Source: a virus. Taken from it: a stretch of DNA of 64,000 nt. Below are positions 18,585 to 28,234 of the stretch, piece by piece. The position numbers and the translations under genes are program-made. The notes beneath the pieces were generated by a model that was given only the letters and a program-made list of their open reading frames with translations, was not told the origin of the DNA and made no database searches. The number at the start of each line of letters is the position of its first letter. The first letter of the stretch is position 1. The stretch is from positions 53,773-117,772 of the IMG/VR virus record IMGVR_UViG_3300027754_005993; one strand, given 5' to 3'.

Positions 18585-19157
18585 ATGACCATGAAAAACG
18601 AAAATGAAGATCCAAAAATTATAGAACAAGAAGTAAAGACTCTGAAACATTACATAGACAATGTAAAGTTTTGCAAGTCAATGACCGAATGGAAAAAACT
18701 AGTGCATATTGCAGAGCAGTGTGGAGAAAAGCGTCCACCTGTTACTGACTATATTGCAGAATCATTTCTTAAGATTGCAGAGCATCTCTCGCATAGACCA
18801 AACTTTATCAATTATCAATTTAGAGATGATATGATTGGTGATGGTATTGAGAATTGTCTTCTATATGCTCATAATTTTGATCCTGAAAAATCATCAAATC
18901 CATTTTCATATTTTACTCAGATAATTTATTATGCTTTTCTTCGTCGCATAGAAAAAGAAAAGAAACAAGCATTTATAAAATATAAGTGCTTGCAATTAAA
19001 CGATCTTGATGGTAAAGTGGTGAATTGGTTGAAGCAAGATGGAGAGGCAAGTTCATATGGTGAATTTTTACAAAAACATTTTGCATTAACTGAAAATGAT
19101 ATTGAAAAGTTAGAACCCAAAGATAAAAAGAAAAGGAAACAAAGGAAGCGCAAGTGA
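18585..19157 (+). CDS. gp55: Late transcription sigma factor gp55
   Basis: HYIDN, KIA.HLS.RPNFINY.FRDDMI.DGIENC, NPFSYFTQI.YYAFLRRI.KEKKQ. Confidence 0.96.
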   Translation: MTMKNENEDPKIIEQEVKTLKHYIDNVKFCKSMTEWKKLVHIAEQCGEKRPPVTDYIAESFLKIAEHLSHRPNFINYQFRDDMIGDGIENCLLYAHNFDPEKSSNPFSYFTQIIYYAFLRRIEKEKKQAFIKYKCLQLNDLDGKVVNWLKQDGEASSYGEFLQKHFALTENDIEKLEPKDKKKRKQRKRK

Positions 19158-20215
19158 AATTAGCATTTATTTGTGATACCCATTTTGGTGTACGAAATGA
19201 TTCGCCGTTCTTTTTGGATAATGCCCTATCTTTTTTTGAAAATCAATTCTTTCCATTTTTAAAAGAAAACAATATTACTCAAGTTATTCATCTTGGTGAC
19301 TTTTTTGACCGAAGGAAGTATGTTAATTTCAACACGCTTTCTTTGGTCAGAACACGATTTGTGAATAAGTTGCAAGAACACAATATCACTTTTCATATTA
19401 CCATAGGAAATCATGATACTTATTTTCGCAACACAAATGAATTAAATTCTTTGCGTGAACTTTTGACTGATCGCTACGATAATATTAAACTTTACGAAAA
19501 ACCAACTACAATTAATTTTGACGACTTCTGCTTTGGAATAGTTCCTTGGGTGACTAAGGATAACGAAGCAGAAGTCGTTGATTTCGTTTCAAAATGTCCA
19601 TGTAGAATGATTGGTGGACATTTTGAAATCAATGGATTCCAAGTAGTCATGGGTGTCAAGCATTCACACGGATTCACTACAGAAATCTTCAAACGATTTG
19701 ATCGTGTTCTATCTGGACACTTTCATATCAAACAATCACAAGGAAATATTCATTATCTTGGGACTCAATATCAATTGAATTTCTCAGATGTATATTCTAC
19801 AAAAGGATTTCATGTTTATGACACAGAAACCGACGAGATGGATTTTATTGAGAATGCTGGCAATATATTTCATGTGTTTAACTATGACGATTCCAATCAA
19901 GATGAAGTCAAGCGTATTGTCAAATTTATAAATGAAACTAATCTAAAGAATGGGTTTATTCGTGTCACTGTAAGATCCAAGGCACGACAAGAAATCTTTG
20001 ATAAATTTATTGATGCTCTTTGGGATAAAGGAATTCAAGATCTATCGGTAGTGGAAGATCAAATAGATCATAAAACATCTGGAGTTGAATTCAGTGAATC
20101 TGAGGATACAATGAGCATCATAGGTCGTGAGATTGATGCGATTGAACGCGATGTAGATAAGGGTAAACTTAAGACTTTGATTCGTGATCTTTATATGGAA
20201 AGTCTGAAGATATGA
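19154..20215 (+). CDS. gp47: Recombination endonuclease subunit gp47 (Mre11/SbcD-like)
   Basis: DTHFG, HLGDFFDRRK, GNHD, SGHFH metallophosphoesterase motifs. Confidence 0.95.
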   Translation: MKLAFICDTHFGVRNDSPFFLDNALSFFENQFFPFLKENNITQVIHLGDFFDRRKYVNFNTLSLVRTRFVNKLQEHNITFHITIGNHDTYFRNTNELNSLRELLTDRYDNIKLYEKPTTINFDDFCFGIVPWVTKDNEAEVVDFVSKCPCRMIGGHFEINGFQVVMGVKHSHGFTTEIFKRFDRVLSGHFHIKQSQGNIHYLGTQYQLNFSDVYSTKGFHVYDTETDEMDFIENAGNIFHVFNYDDSNQDEVKRIVKFINETNLKNGFIRVTVRSKARQEIFDKFIDALWDKGIQDLSVVEDQIDHKTSGVEFSESEDTMSIIGREIDAIERDVDKGKLKTLIRDLYMESLKI

Positions 20216-21942
20216 TTAAATTTGAAAAAGTAAGATTCAAAAACTTTGGATCTTTTGGAAACAATATCACAGAAATCGTGCTGGATAAAAACAGCACAAC
20301 TCTTATCTGTGGAAGCAATGGAAGTGGAAAGTCTTTTGCTTTTCTTGATTCCATTACATTTGCGTTGTTTGGCAAACCATTTCGTAAGATCAATATTCCT
20401 ACACTCGTCAATTCAGTCAATGAAAAAGGGTGTTTAGTTGAGATTGATTTTAGTCGTGGATCCGATAAATTCATGATTCGTCGTGGTATTAATCCGCGCG
20501 TCTTTGAGATTTATAGAAACGGTGAACTTATTGATCAGGATGCCAAGAGTCTTGATTATCAGGAACTTCTTGAGAATCAAATTCTTAAGATGAATTACAA
20601 GACATTCACGCAGGTGGTAATTCTTGGTAGTTCTTCATTTGTTCCTTTCATGCAGTTGTCGGCAGCAGATCGTCGCTCTGTTATTGAAAATATTCTTGAC
20701 ATCAATATATTCAGCACAATGAATATCGTGCTCAGGGGTAAGATTCTTTCATTAAAGGAAATGATCAAAGAACTCAGCATGAAGATTGAAATTGAAAAGA
20801 ACAAGATTAATGTTCAAAAGAGTTATATTGCTACTCTTGAAAAGAAGAACACCGAAGATGATGATGTAAAGAATCAACGAATTACTGAACTAGAGACAAA
20901 GATTAAAACAATTCAATATGATTTAATATGCAAAAATCTTTCGGTTGAGGGTCTACAAGAAGATATTAATAATGCAAAGAAAATTTTAAAAGACAAAACC
21001 AACAGAATTCAAGATTGTCGTACCCATATCGTCACATTGAAGACTTCAAAGGATCAGAAACAGAAGGAGATAAACTTCTTTAAGGAAAATTGTACCTGCC
21101 CAACTTGCACCCAACCTATTGATGATAAAGTCAAAAAAGAAAAGGTGTTGATGAATAATTATGAGATTTCTAATTTAGAAGATGATATGGTAACTACCAA
21201 AGATCATAGCAATTCTCTTCAATATGATATCACTAAATTTGAAAGTCACATTCAGGATACAACCAATCTCATATATGAAGTAACTTCCTTCAACAAAGAA
21301 ATTGAAGCGTATAATAAAGAGATTGAACGGATTCGTAGCACTATGCATAAATCCGCAATCAAGGATGATCTTGTAGAGGAGAAAGAAAAACTCAAGATGT
21401 TTGAGGGTGGACTTGCTGCTTTAGATGAGGAAAAGTTAATTCATTCGAGTGATCTGATGTATCATGAATTCGCAGGTGAGTTACTTCGCGATGGGGGAGT
21501 CAAGGGAAAGATCATCAAGTATTATCTTCCTCACATGAATAAGTTCATCAATAAGTTTCTATCGTCCATGGATTTCTTTGTGCAGTTTCAACTGGATGAG
21601 GAATTCAATGAACAGATTAAATCTCGCTATCGTGATGATTTTAGTTACATGAATTTTAGCGAAGGTGAGAAAATGCGTATAGATCTGGCACTATTGCTAG
21701 CATGGCGAGAGATCGCAAGACTCAAGAATAGCGTCAGTTGTAATCTCTTGATTCTTGATGAGGTGTTCGACTCCTCTCTAGACTCCGTTGGCATGGACGA
21801 ACTTATGAAACTTTTAAAACTTATAAGCGACAAAGCGAATGTGTATGTTATTAGTCACAAAGCAGATCAACTTGTTGATAAATTTTCAACGATTATTTCC
21901 GTTGAGAAAAAGAATAATTTTAGCAAGATCATATATAGTTAA
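20212..21942 (+). CDS. gp46: Recombination ATPase gp46 (Rad50/SbcC-like)
   Basis: GSNGSGKS, CPTC zinc hook, FSEGEKMRIDL, LILDEVFD. Confidence 0.96.
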   Translation: MIKFEKVRFKNFGSFGNNITEIVLDKNSTTLICGSNGSGKSFAFLDSITFALFGKPFRKINIPTLVNSVNEKGCLVEIDFSRGSDKFMIRRGINPRVFEIYRNGELIDQDAKSLDYQELLENQILKMNYKTFTQVVILGSSSFVPFMQLSAADRRSVIENILDINIFSTMNIVLRGKILSLKEMIKELSMKIEIEKNKINVQKSYIATLEKKNTEDDDVKNQRITELETKIKTIQYDLICKNLSVEGLQEDINNAKKILKDKTNRIQDCRTHIVTLKTSKDQKQKEINFFKENCTCPTCTQPIDDKVKKEKVLMNNYEISNLEDDMVTTKDHSNSLQYDITKFESHIQDTTNLIYEVTSFNKEIEAYNKEIERIRSTMHKSAIKDDLVEEKEKLKMFEGGLAALDEEKLIHSSDLMYHEFAGELLRDGGVKGKIIKYYLPHMNKFINKFLSSMDFFVQFQLDEEFNEQIKSRYRDDFSYMNFSEGEKMRIDLALLLAWREIARLKNSVSCNLLILDEVFDSSLDSVGMDELMKLLKLISDKANVYVISHKADQLVDKFSTIISVEKKNNFSKIIYS

Positions 21943-21945
21943 GAC

Positions 21946-22266
21946 ATGTCTAAAGTAGATACACTTAATTTTAGAGGAAAATTTCGGCAATATGATGTTG
22001 ATGGTCATCCTTATATTTATTTTATAGGTGATTCTGTTGAACACAATTCTCAAATTTATGTTTGTGTAAAGGCAACAACCACTAAAATTCCAGGAACACA
22101 GGAAGGTTCAGCATATTGGAAAGAAACTGGAGGAAATTTTGGTTTCTTTATTCAAGAACAATTACCAAAAAATGCTGAAGTTGGAGATAGATGGTATATT
22201 CCGTCTACAGCGATAATGTACACTTATGTTAAAGAAAGAAATAATGCTTTTTGGGTTGAATTATGA
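21946..22266 (+). CDS. Small protein with a CBM5/12-like motif and a fiber-type GDRWY module
   Basis: IGDSV.H....YVC...P.....YWK plus VGDRWY.....MY.Y......WVEL. Confidence 0.55.
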   Translation: MSKVDTLNFRGKFRQYDVDGHPYIYFIGDSVEHNSQIYVCVKATTTKIPGTQEGSAYWKETGGNFGFFIQEQLPKNAEVGDRWYIPSTAIMYTYVKERNNAFWVEL

Positions 22267-22283
22267 TTAAAACATGGTATAAT
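22256..22283 (+). promoter_or_regulatory. Sigma70-like promoter (TTGAAT-16-TATAAT, TGn) for the gp45 operon
   Basis: TGGTATAAT at 22275-83. Confidence 0.55.
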
Positions 22284-22293
22284 AGGACAAGTT

Positions 22294-22473
22294 ATGAATA
22301 ACACCAATACGGGGCGTAATGAATTTAAAGAAAAGCCAAAACCACCTAAACAATTGAAATCTGTTTCCCGTAAGGAAAAAGATTCAGAGAAGAATAGATC
22401 AAAACAACAACTGAAAAATTATGTCCAAAGCAACTTTGAGGACGATAATTTTGAAGATAACTTCATGAGGTAA
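22294..22473 (+). CDS. Small basic/acidic hypothetical protein (59 aa; not in the ORF track)
   Basis: ATG 22294 to TAA 22473 (MNNTNTGRNEFKEKPK...FEDNFMR) with AGGA upstream; fills the gap before gp45. Confidence 0.6.
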   Translation: MNNTNTGRNEFKEKPKPPKQLKSVSRKEKDSEKNRSKQQLKNYVQSNFEDDNFEDNFMR

Positions 22474-22476
22474 ATT

Positions 22477-23160
22477 ATGAGCACTGTGACTTTTTCGAAA
22501 AATACCCTAACAATTCTTAAGAACTTCTCAAGTCTAAATTCCAATATTCTAGTAAAACCAGGAAATGTAATCAAGACGATTACACCATCCAAGACAGGTA
22601 TGGCAGTCGCTACCATTGAAGAAACCTTTAATGTTGAGTTCGGCATTTGGGATCTCAATAAATTTCTTGGTGTAGTCAGTCTCTTCAATACTCCAACATT
22701 CACCTTTGGAGATAAGAGCGTCAAGATCAAGAATGGTGGAGATTCTGTAGTCAATTATTACTACTCAGAACCACGACTATTGACATGTCCTACAAAGGAT
22801 GTCAATATGCCAGAAATCAATGTGAGTATTATTCTCACCGAAAAGAACTTCAATGAACTTCAGAAAGCAGCATCCGTGATGCAACTTCCTGATATGTCGT
22901 TTAAGTCTGACGATGGTGACATTGTTGCTATGGTTTCTGATCTTGGAGATCCTACCAGTAATTCATATAAGGTAATTTCTGGGACAAAGTATAATGGTCC
23001 CGAATTCTTGTTTAACTTTAAGATGGAGAATATCAAGATTCTTCCTGGAGATTATAAGATTAACTTTGCCAAGAATGTTGTGGGTGAATTCATTCACCAG
23101 TCTATTCCTGTCAAGTACTGGTATGCGATGGAAGCAAATACCTCTAACTATGGATCTTAA
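22477..23160 (+). CDS. gp45: Sliding clamp gp45
   Basis: TL.ILKNFS..N..I, FGI.DL..FL, F.FK.EN.K..PGDY. Confidence 0.94.
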   Translation: MSTVTFSKNTLTILKNFSSLNSNILVKPGNVIKTITPSKTGMAVATIEETFNVEFGIWDLNKFLGVVSLFNTPTFTFGDKSVKIKNGGDSVVNYYYSEPRLLTCPTKDVNMPEINVSIILTEKNFNELQKAASVMQLPDMSFKSDDGDIVAMVSDLGDPTSNSYKVISGTKYNGPEFLFNFKMENIKILPGDYKINFAKNVVGEFIHQSIPVKYWYAMEANTSNYGS

Positions 23161-23162
23161 TA

Positions 23163-24107
23163 ATGAAACCAGAAAATTTTCTGTGGGTTGAAAAGTATCG
23201 TCCGCAGACCATTGAAGATTGCGTTCTCCCCATGTCGCTGAAGTCTACCTTCAGCGACATGGTTGCTAAGGGAGAACCTCAGAATTTGCTCTTCTCTGGT
23301 ACTGCTGGTGTTGGCAAGACAACAGTCGCAAAGGCACTCTGCAATGAGATGGAGTGTGACTGGATTATTATTAATTGCTCAGAGGAAGGAAACATTGACA
23401 CGCTGCGAACAAAGATTCGTCAGTTTGCCAGTACCGTATCTCTGAGTGGGGATACTAAAAAGGTGGTCATTTTAGATGAGTTTGATTATTCAAATGCTAA
23501 TAGCATTCAACCTGCTCTGCGAGGTGCTATTGAAGAATTTGCAAATAATTGTAGGTTTATCCTTACTTGTAACTATAAATCAAGAATTATTGAACCTATT
23601 CACTCTCGTTGCACTTGTATTGACTTCGTACTTGCTGCCTCCGAAAAACCAACCATTGCCGCAAAGATGATGGAACGGTGTTCATATATTCTTAACCAAG
23701 AAGGTGTTAAGGCAGATAAGAAGGTTCTTGGTCAATTGATCATGAAGCACTTTCCAGATATGCGTAGAATTCTAAATGAATTGCAACGGTACGGAGTGTC
23801 TGGTACGATTGATGTGGGAATTCTTTCCTCTATCGCAGAGGTAGAGATTAAGAACCTGATGACTGCACTTCGCAACAAGGATTTTGTCACGGTTCGTCGT
23901 TGGGCAGCACTCAATGCTGAAACCTCCCCCCAAGAGATCTATAGGAAAATCTACGATGCCCTTGGTGAGCATATGGAGAATCAGACCATTCCAGAGGCGA
24001 TCTTGATAATCGCAGAGGCACAGTATCGCTCTGCTTTTGTTGCTGATCAAGAGATCAATCTTGTAGCGTGTCTAGTCCAGTTGATGATGTCTTGCGCTTT
24101 CAAATAA
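23163..24107 (+). CDS. gp44: Clamp loader large subunit gp44
   Basis: LWVEKYRP, GTAGVGKTT, ILDEFD, SRC. Confidence 0.96.
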   Translation: MKPENFLWVEKYRPQTIEDCVLPMSLKSTFSDMVAKGEPQNLLFSGTAGVGKTTVAKALCNEMECDWIIINCSEEGNIDTLRTKIRQFASTVSLSGDTKKVVILDEFDYSNANSIQPALRGAIEEFANNCRFILTCNYKSRIIEPIHSRCTCIDFVLAASEKPTIAAKMMERCSYILNQEGVKADKKVLGQLIMKHFPDMRRILNELQRYGVSGTIDVGILSSIAEVEIKNLMTALRNKDFVTVRRWAALNAETSPQEIYRKIYDALGEHMENQTIPEAILIIAEAQYRSAFVADQEINLVACLVQLMMSCAFK

Positions 24108-24108
24108 T

Positions 24109-24480
24109 ATGCTTTCCGATATCTTAAACTCAATCAATCAGACCAAGGAAAATCTCCTATCCAAAGACCCCCGTCTGGAGAAGGATTATGTTCCCTTTGT
24201 CATCAATAAATGCTTTTCGTATTTTCCCGATACCATCTTTTATGCCAATAGAATGAATCAGTCTGCATTCTTAGATAAAAAGATGCAATATGACTATTAT
24301 ATTCACTCAATATCCAAGCGTAAGCGTTTTTCCAAGTGGATCAAATCCGAGGAAAGCAAGGATTTAGAGGTGATCAAGGAAGTCTATGGGTACTCAGATG
24401 CCCGTGCTAGGGAGGTAATTGACTTGCTTCCTATGGACAAATTACGCGAATTAATACAAAAAGGTGGTCAAAAACGGTAA
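24109..24480 (+). CDS. gp62: Clamp loader small subunit gp62
   Basis: Y.PF.IN...S.F.DT...AN.MN, KRKRFSKW, YGYS..A. Confidence 0.92.
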   Translation: MLSDILNSINQTKENLLSKDPRLEKDYVPFVINKCFSYFPDTIFYANRMNQSAFLDKKMQYDYYIHSISKRKRFSKWIKSEESKDLEVIKEVYGYSDARAREVIDLLPMDKLRELIQKGGQKR

Positions 24481-24515
24481 AACCCTAAATATTTTCTATA
24501 ATATGGAGCATTATT

Positions 24516-24911
24516 ATGGAAGATATTTTTGAGGGATTGGGCGTGGAGATAACATTGAAAAGTGAAGAAGATTTCCTTAAAGTTAAGGAAACTCTCACTA
24601 GAATCGGTGTATCTTCTAAAACTGAAAAGAAATTATATCAATCGTGTCATATACTACACAAGCGAGGTAGATATGCTATCATACATTTTAAAGAAATGTT
24701 TGTTCTTGATGGTCTTGACTCTGATATATCAGAAGACGATCTTGGGCGAAGAAATACAATAGTTAAATTACTGGTAGAATGGGAATTGGTGAATGTGATA
24801 GATCCAAAACAGTATGAGCAACCACAACTTTCTCTTGCTAGATTGAAGATCATTCCGCATAAAGAAAAGAAAGAATGGACTTTGATTCCTAAGTATCACA
24901 TCGGTAAGTGA
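24516..24911 (+). CDS. regA: Translational repressor RegA
   Basis: DFLKVKETLTRIG, LYQSCHILHK.G.Y.I.HFKE.F.LDG. Confidence 0.96.
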   Translation: MEDIFEGLGVEITLKSEEDFLKVKETLTRIGVSSKTEKKLYQSCHILHKRGRYAIIHFKEMFVLDGLDSDISEDDLGRRNTIVKLLVEWELVNVIDPKQYEQPQLSLARLKIIPHKEKKEWTLIPKYHIGK

Positions 24912-24938
24912 CATATATAAGTGTGGAGATTTTATATT

Positions 24939-25778
24939 ATGAAAAAAATGCAAGCAATTGGTGCTCCATTTCAAATAGAATATTCATCAAATTCTAATTT
25001 ATTGCCACAATCCTTCAGTTGGATCGCGGAAGACTTTCCTGTAAAAGTTTTTATAGATGGTGGAATTGCCATCGGAATGTCTTATCAAAAGAAACCTGGA
25101 ACACTGAAAATAGCATGGGTTTGCGAATCGCGTGCTATTTTTCATGCAATGAACTTTCCAAGAGAAGTTTGGGAAGAACAATTTTTAAATATTTGCGATT
25201 CATATGATCTTCTTTTTACTTCTGAGAAGAGTTGGTTGGGAAAGCATCCAAATGTAAGATATTGTCCAGCAGGAAGTAATCTTCCATGGATAAAGAACCA
25301 AGATATTTTTCCAAAAACAAAATTAGCATCTATGATTGCTTCTCCCAAGAAATTTGCATTTGGACATGCTATTCGTCATCAATTGGCAGAACAATATAAA
25401 AATAACCTTGATCTGTATGGTGGAGTTCTTGGATCTCGTAGATTAAGTCCAGGTGTTCCGTGGGGCGATAAGTCTGAAGGACTGAATGATTATATGTTTT
25501 CTATTACTGTGGAAAATGATAAGTACAGTACATATTATACAGAGAAAATAACTGATTGTTTTGCTACGGGAACAATACCAGTATATTGGGGAGCACCAGA
25601 TATTGGTGATATCTTCAACAAAGATGGAATTATAGAATTAACTCCAGATTTTGATCCAAAAACATTGACAAAAGAACTATATGAAAGTAAACTTGATGCA
25701 GTAAGAGACAACTTTAATCGGGTTAAAGAACTTGTTTCTGCTGATGATCAATTATTTAAATTAATCAATGAAAACTGA
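24939..25778 (+). CDS. Glycosyltransferase, GT10 (alpha-1,3-fucosyltransferase)-like
   Basis: YMFSI.VEN.....Y.TEKI.DCF..GTIPVYWG. Confidence 0.8.
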   Translation: MKKMQAIGAPFQIEYSSNSNLLPQSFSWIAEDFPVKVFIDGGIAIGMSYQKKPGTLKIAWVCESRAIFHAMNFPREVWEEQFLNICDSYDLLFTSEKSWLGKHPNVRYCPAGSNLPWIKNQDIFPKTKLASMIASPKKFAFGHAIRHQLAEQYKNNLDLYGGVLGSRRLSPGVPWGDKSEGLNDYMFSITVENDKYSTYYTEKITDCFATGTIPVYWGAPDIGDIFNKDGIIELTPDFDPKTLTKELYESKLDAVRDNFNRVKELVSADDQLFKLINEN

Positions 25779-26436
25779 AATTGTATCCTTTTATTGTGAT
25801 ATAGATGATCGTACATACTATAGCGATCACGCGCGTCGTCTGAGAATCAATTGCAATGAGAATAATATTCCACATGATATTCGCGAATTACCTTCGCGTG
25901 GTGAATACCGTTTAAATTGTCTTGCTAAACCAAGATTCATTCTTTCTGTGTTGGAAGAAAAGAAACGACCATTTGTGTGGATGGATGTTGATTCTTTGAT
26001 TCATGCTGAACTTTCTATATTTGATACCCTGAAAGACAACTGCGATATGGCATTTGCATATCAAGGCAATCCTCCAGATGTGAATCCCAATTTACCCAAA
26101 GCATCACCAATTTATGTAAATTATACAGAAAAGACTATACAGTGTTTGACTTACTGGGTTGAACGATGCGAATTCAATGAAATGAATTTGGGTGTGAAAT
26201 TTTTTGATCATGAAGTTCTGATGGGTGAAGTATTGCCAGAATTTTTATCCAAGATGCGAATTGGTATGCTTGGACATCCATATGCCATATGGCCTGGAAC
26301 ATCATTGCCAGAAGGATTCACGCCAATGATAACAATGGGAATTGCTGATGGAAAATCCAAAGAAAATTCACTGAGAGAAATGGGACTTCGAGAAGAAATC
26401 GTAAAATTTAACTTAGTAGGTAATGCAAGTGAATAA
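25768..26436 (+). CDS. Putative GT-A fold glycosyltransferase
   Basis: N...KP.FI...L and VWMDVDS (DxD). Confidence 0.65.
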   Translation: MKTEIVSFYCDIDDRTYYSDHARRLRINCNENNIPHDIRELPSRGEYRLNCLAKPRFILSVLEEKKRPFVWMDVDSLIHAELSIFDTLKDNCDMAFAYQGNPPDVNPNLPKASPIYVNYTEKTIQCLTYWVERCEFNEMNLGVKFFDHEVLMGEVLPEFLSKMRIGMLGHPYAIWPGTSLPEGFTPMITMGIADGKSKENSLREMGLREEIVKFNLVGNASE

Positions 26437-27163
26437 ACAAGTTTTATTTTGGCAACCAGCTGGCATTGGTGATATATTCTTCTTACAGAAGGCAGCAAGA
26501 CATTTTATATCTTCAGAATATGAAGTCATATGGCCTGTGATTCCAGAATTCCTATACATCAAGGATTACATCAAGGGAATCAATTTTGTAAATGTAAATG
26601 AAGATTTTCCTCGTAAGGAATTATATAAGACACCAATTGCAATCAATACAGAAGAATTCATTTATATTCCTTTTGATATTTCACATCATAGATTTGGTGT
26701 GCTACCGATGAAGGGCAAGTATCTGTTGATGCAATTCCTGGGATTTGATGTCAATGAAAATAATTGGAAAGATTATTTGCAATTTGAACGAAATCAAGAA
26801 CGAGAGATTCGTTGTAAGGAAATCCTTGGTATAAAGAACGAACCATTTATTTTTGTGAATAATATGTTTGCTTCTCCACCTGATATGGTATACAGGGAAG
26901 TCAATATTACAAATTCAAATATAAAGTGTGTATACCATAAACCAGAACATATCAAACTATTCAATGTATTTGATCTATGCTGGGTTATTGAGAATGCTGT
27001 AGAGATTCATACAGTTGAAACTTCACTTTGCTATCTTGTTGAAAAACTAAATACTAAAGGAAAACTGAACATGTATTCGCGAAAAGTGAATGACAGATTG
27101 CAGAATCCAGATTTTTCATATGTTGACCATATTTATAAAAAGGATTGGAATTATATAATATGA
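26423..27163 (+). CDS. Putative GT-B glycosyltransferase-like protein
   Basis: N-terminal GIGDI, IENA.EIH.VETS; island context. Confidence 0.55.
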   Translation: MQVNKQVLFWQPAGIGDIFFLQKAARHFISSEYEVIWPVIPEFLYIKDYIKGINFVNVNEDFPRKELYKTPIAINTEEFIYIPFDISHHRFGVLPMKGKYLLMQFLGFDVNENNWKDYLQFERNQEREIRCKEILGIKNEPFIFVNNMFASPPDMVYREVNITNSNIKCVYHKPEHIKLFNVFDLCWVIENAVEIHTVETSLCYLVEKLNTKGKLNMYSRKVNDRLQNPDFSYVDHIYKKDWNYII

Positions 27164-27540
27164 TGCTTGAAGTTTCTATTGGCGAGGCAATTGACAAATA
27201 TACAATTCTTACAATCAAAGAAGAATGTATCAAAGACGAGAGAAAACTCGTAAATATTAAAAAAGAAAGAATGGAAATTGAAAAATCCCTGATAGATCAG
27301 GGATACTTTTATTCATTCATCGAAGAGATGGCAGACTTGACTAAAGTAAATAAAACTCTTTGGGATATAGAAGATCAGATACGAATTAAAGAAGCAAATA
27401 AACAGTTCGATCATGAGTTCATAGAACTTGCAAGATCTGTTTATATTACTAATGATAAAAGATTTGAAATTAAAAATCAAATCAATCAAAAGTCAAATTC
27501 GAATCTCAAAGAAGAAAAGTCGTATGCCAAATACAATTGA
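27160..27540 (+). CDS. DUF6165-like protein (associated with glycosylation loci)
   Basis: VSIGE.IDK.TIL.IK, LWDIED.IR, FIELARSVY.TND.R. Confidence 0.75.
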   Translation: MMLEVSIGEAIDKYTILTIKEECIKDERKLVNIKKERMEIEKSLIDQGYFYSFIEEMADLTKVNKTLWDIEDQIRIKEANKQFDHEFIELARSVYITNDKRFEIKNQINQKSNSNLKEEKSYAKYN

Positions 27541-28234
27541 TATATCAGATATAACATTTCTTGGAGTGGACGGTGTTGGTAATGATGCAACTATATTGCG
27601 TTCATTAAAATACAGCAAACAATTTTTTCCAAATGCTAAAGTTAAATTTTTAACTTCAGGAAATCATCATTCAATCGATCCTGATATTGAACATGTGCAA
27701 ATACGAAATCTTGGATACGATGAATTTAGCAAATTCTGTTTAACTGAATTGTATCGGTATTTTGATACTAGTTATATGATATATTGTCATGGTGATGGGT
27801 TTGCCACAAATCCAAATGCATGGACTGGTGAATTTTTAAAATATGATTATCTAGGAGCACCTTGGCCAAGATCTAATCTAGAAAGAAGTTCAAATAGATG
27901 GGAATTGGTTAAAAAAGCGTACTACGAATCACAAAAAACTTATTTTGTTGGGAATGGTGGATTTTCATTTAGATCTAAAAAATTAATGGAATCTGTAAGT
28001 CAACTGTACAAAGATGAATATTATGGTATACCAGAAGATCTTGTCATAGCAATAATCATGCGAAAACAACTGGAAAAACAAGGATTTAAATTTACAAGTG
28101 ATATAGGAGTTGCTGGTAAGTTTTCATGTGAAGCACCCTTTGTAGATGGATACATACTTTCATCGGATGAGAGTTTTGGATTCCATTGTGGTGGAACTCA
28201 TCCCCACAAAGTGAAATTATTGGAGACTGTATGA
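27524..28234 (+). CDS. DUF5672-like putative glycosyltransferase
   Basis: DGF, YDYLGAPW, VGNGGFSFRS, PED, SFGFH. Confidence 0.75.
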   Translation: MPNTIDISDITFLGVDGVGNDATILRSLKYSKQFFPNAKVKFLTSGNHHSIDPDIEHVQIRNLGYDEFSKFCLTELYRYFDTSYMIYCHGDGFATNPNAWTGEFLKYDYLGAPWPRSNLERSSNRWELVKKAYYESQKTYFVGNGGFSFRSKKLMESVSQLYKDEYYGIPEDLVIAIIMRKQLEKQGFKFTSDIGVAGKFSCEAPFVDGYILSSDESFGFHCGGTHPHKVKLLETV

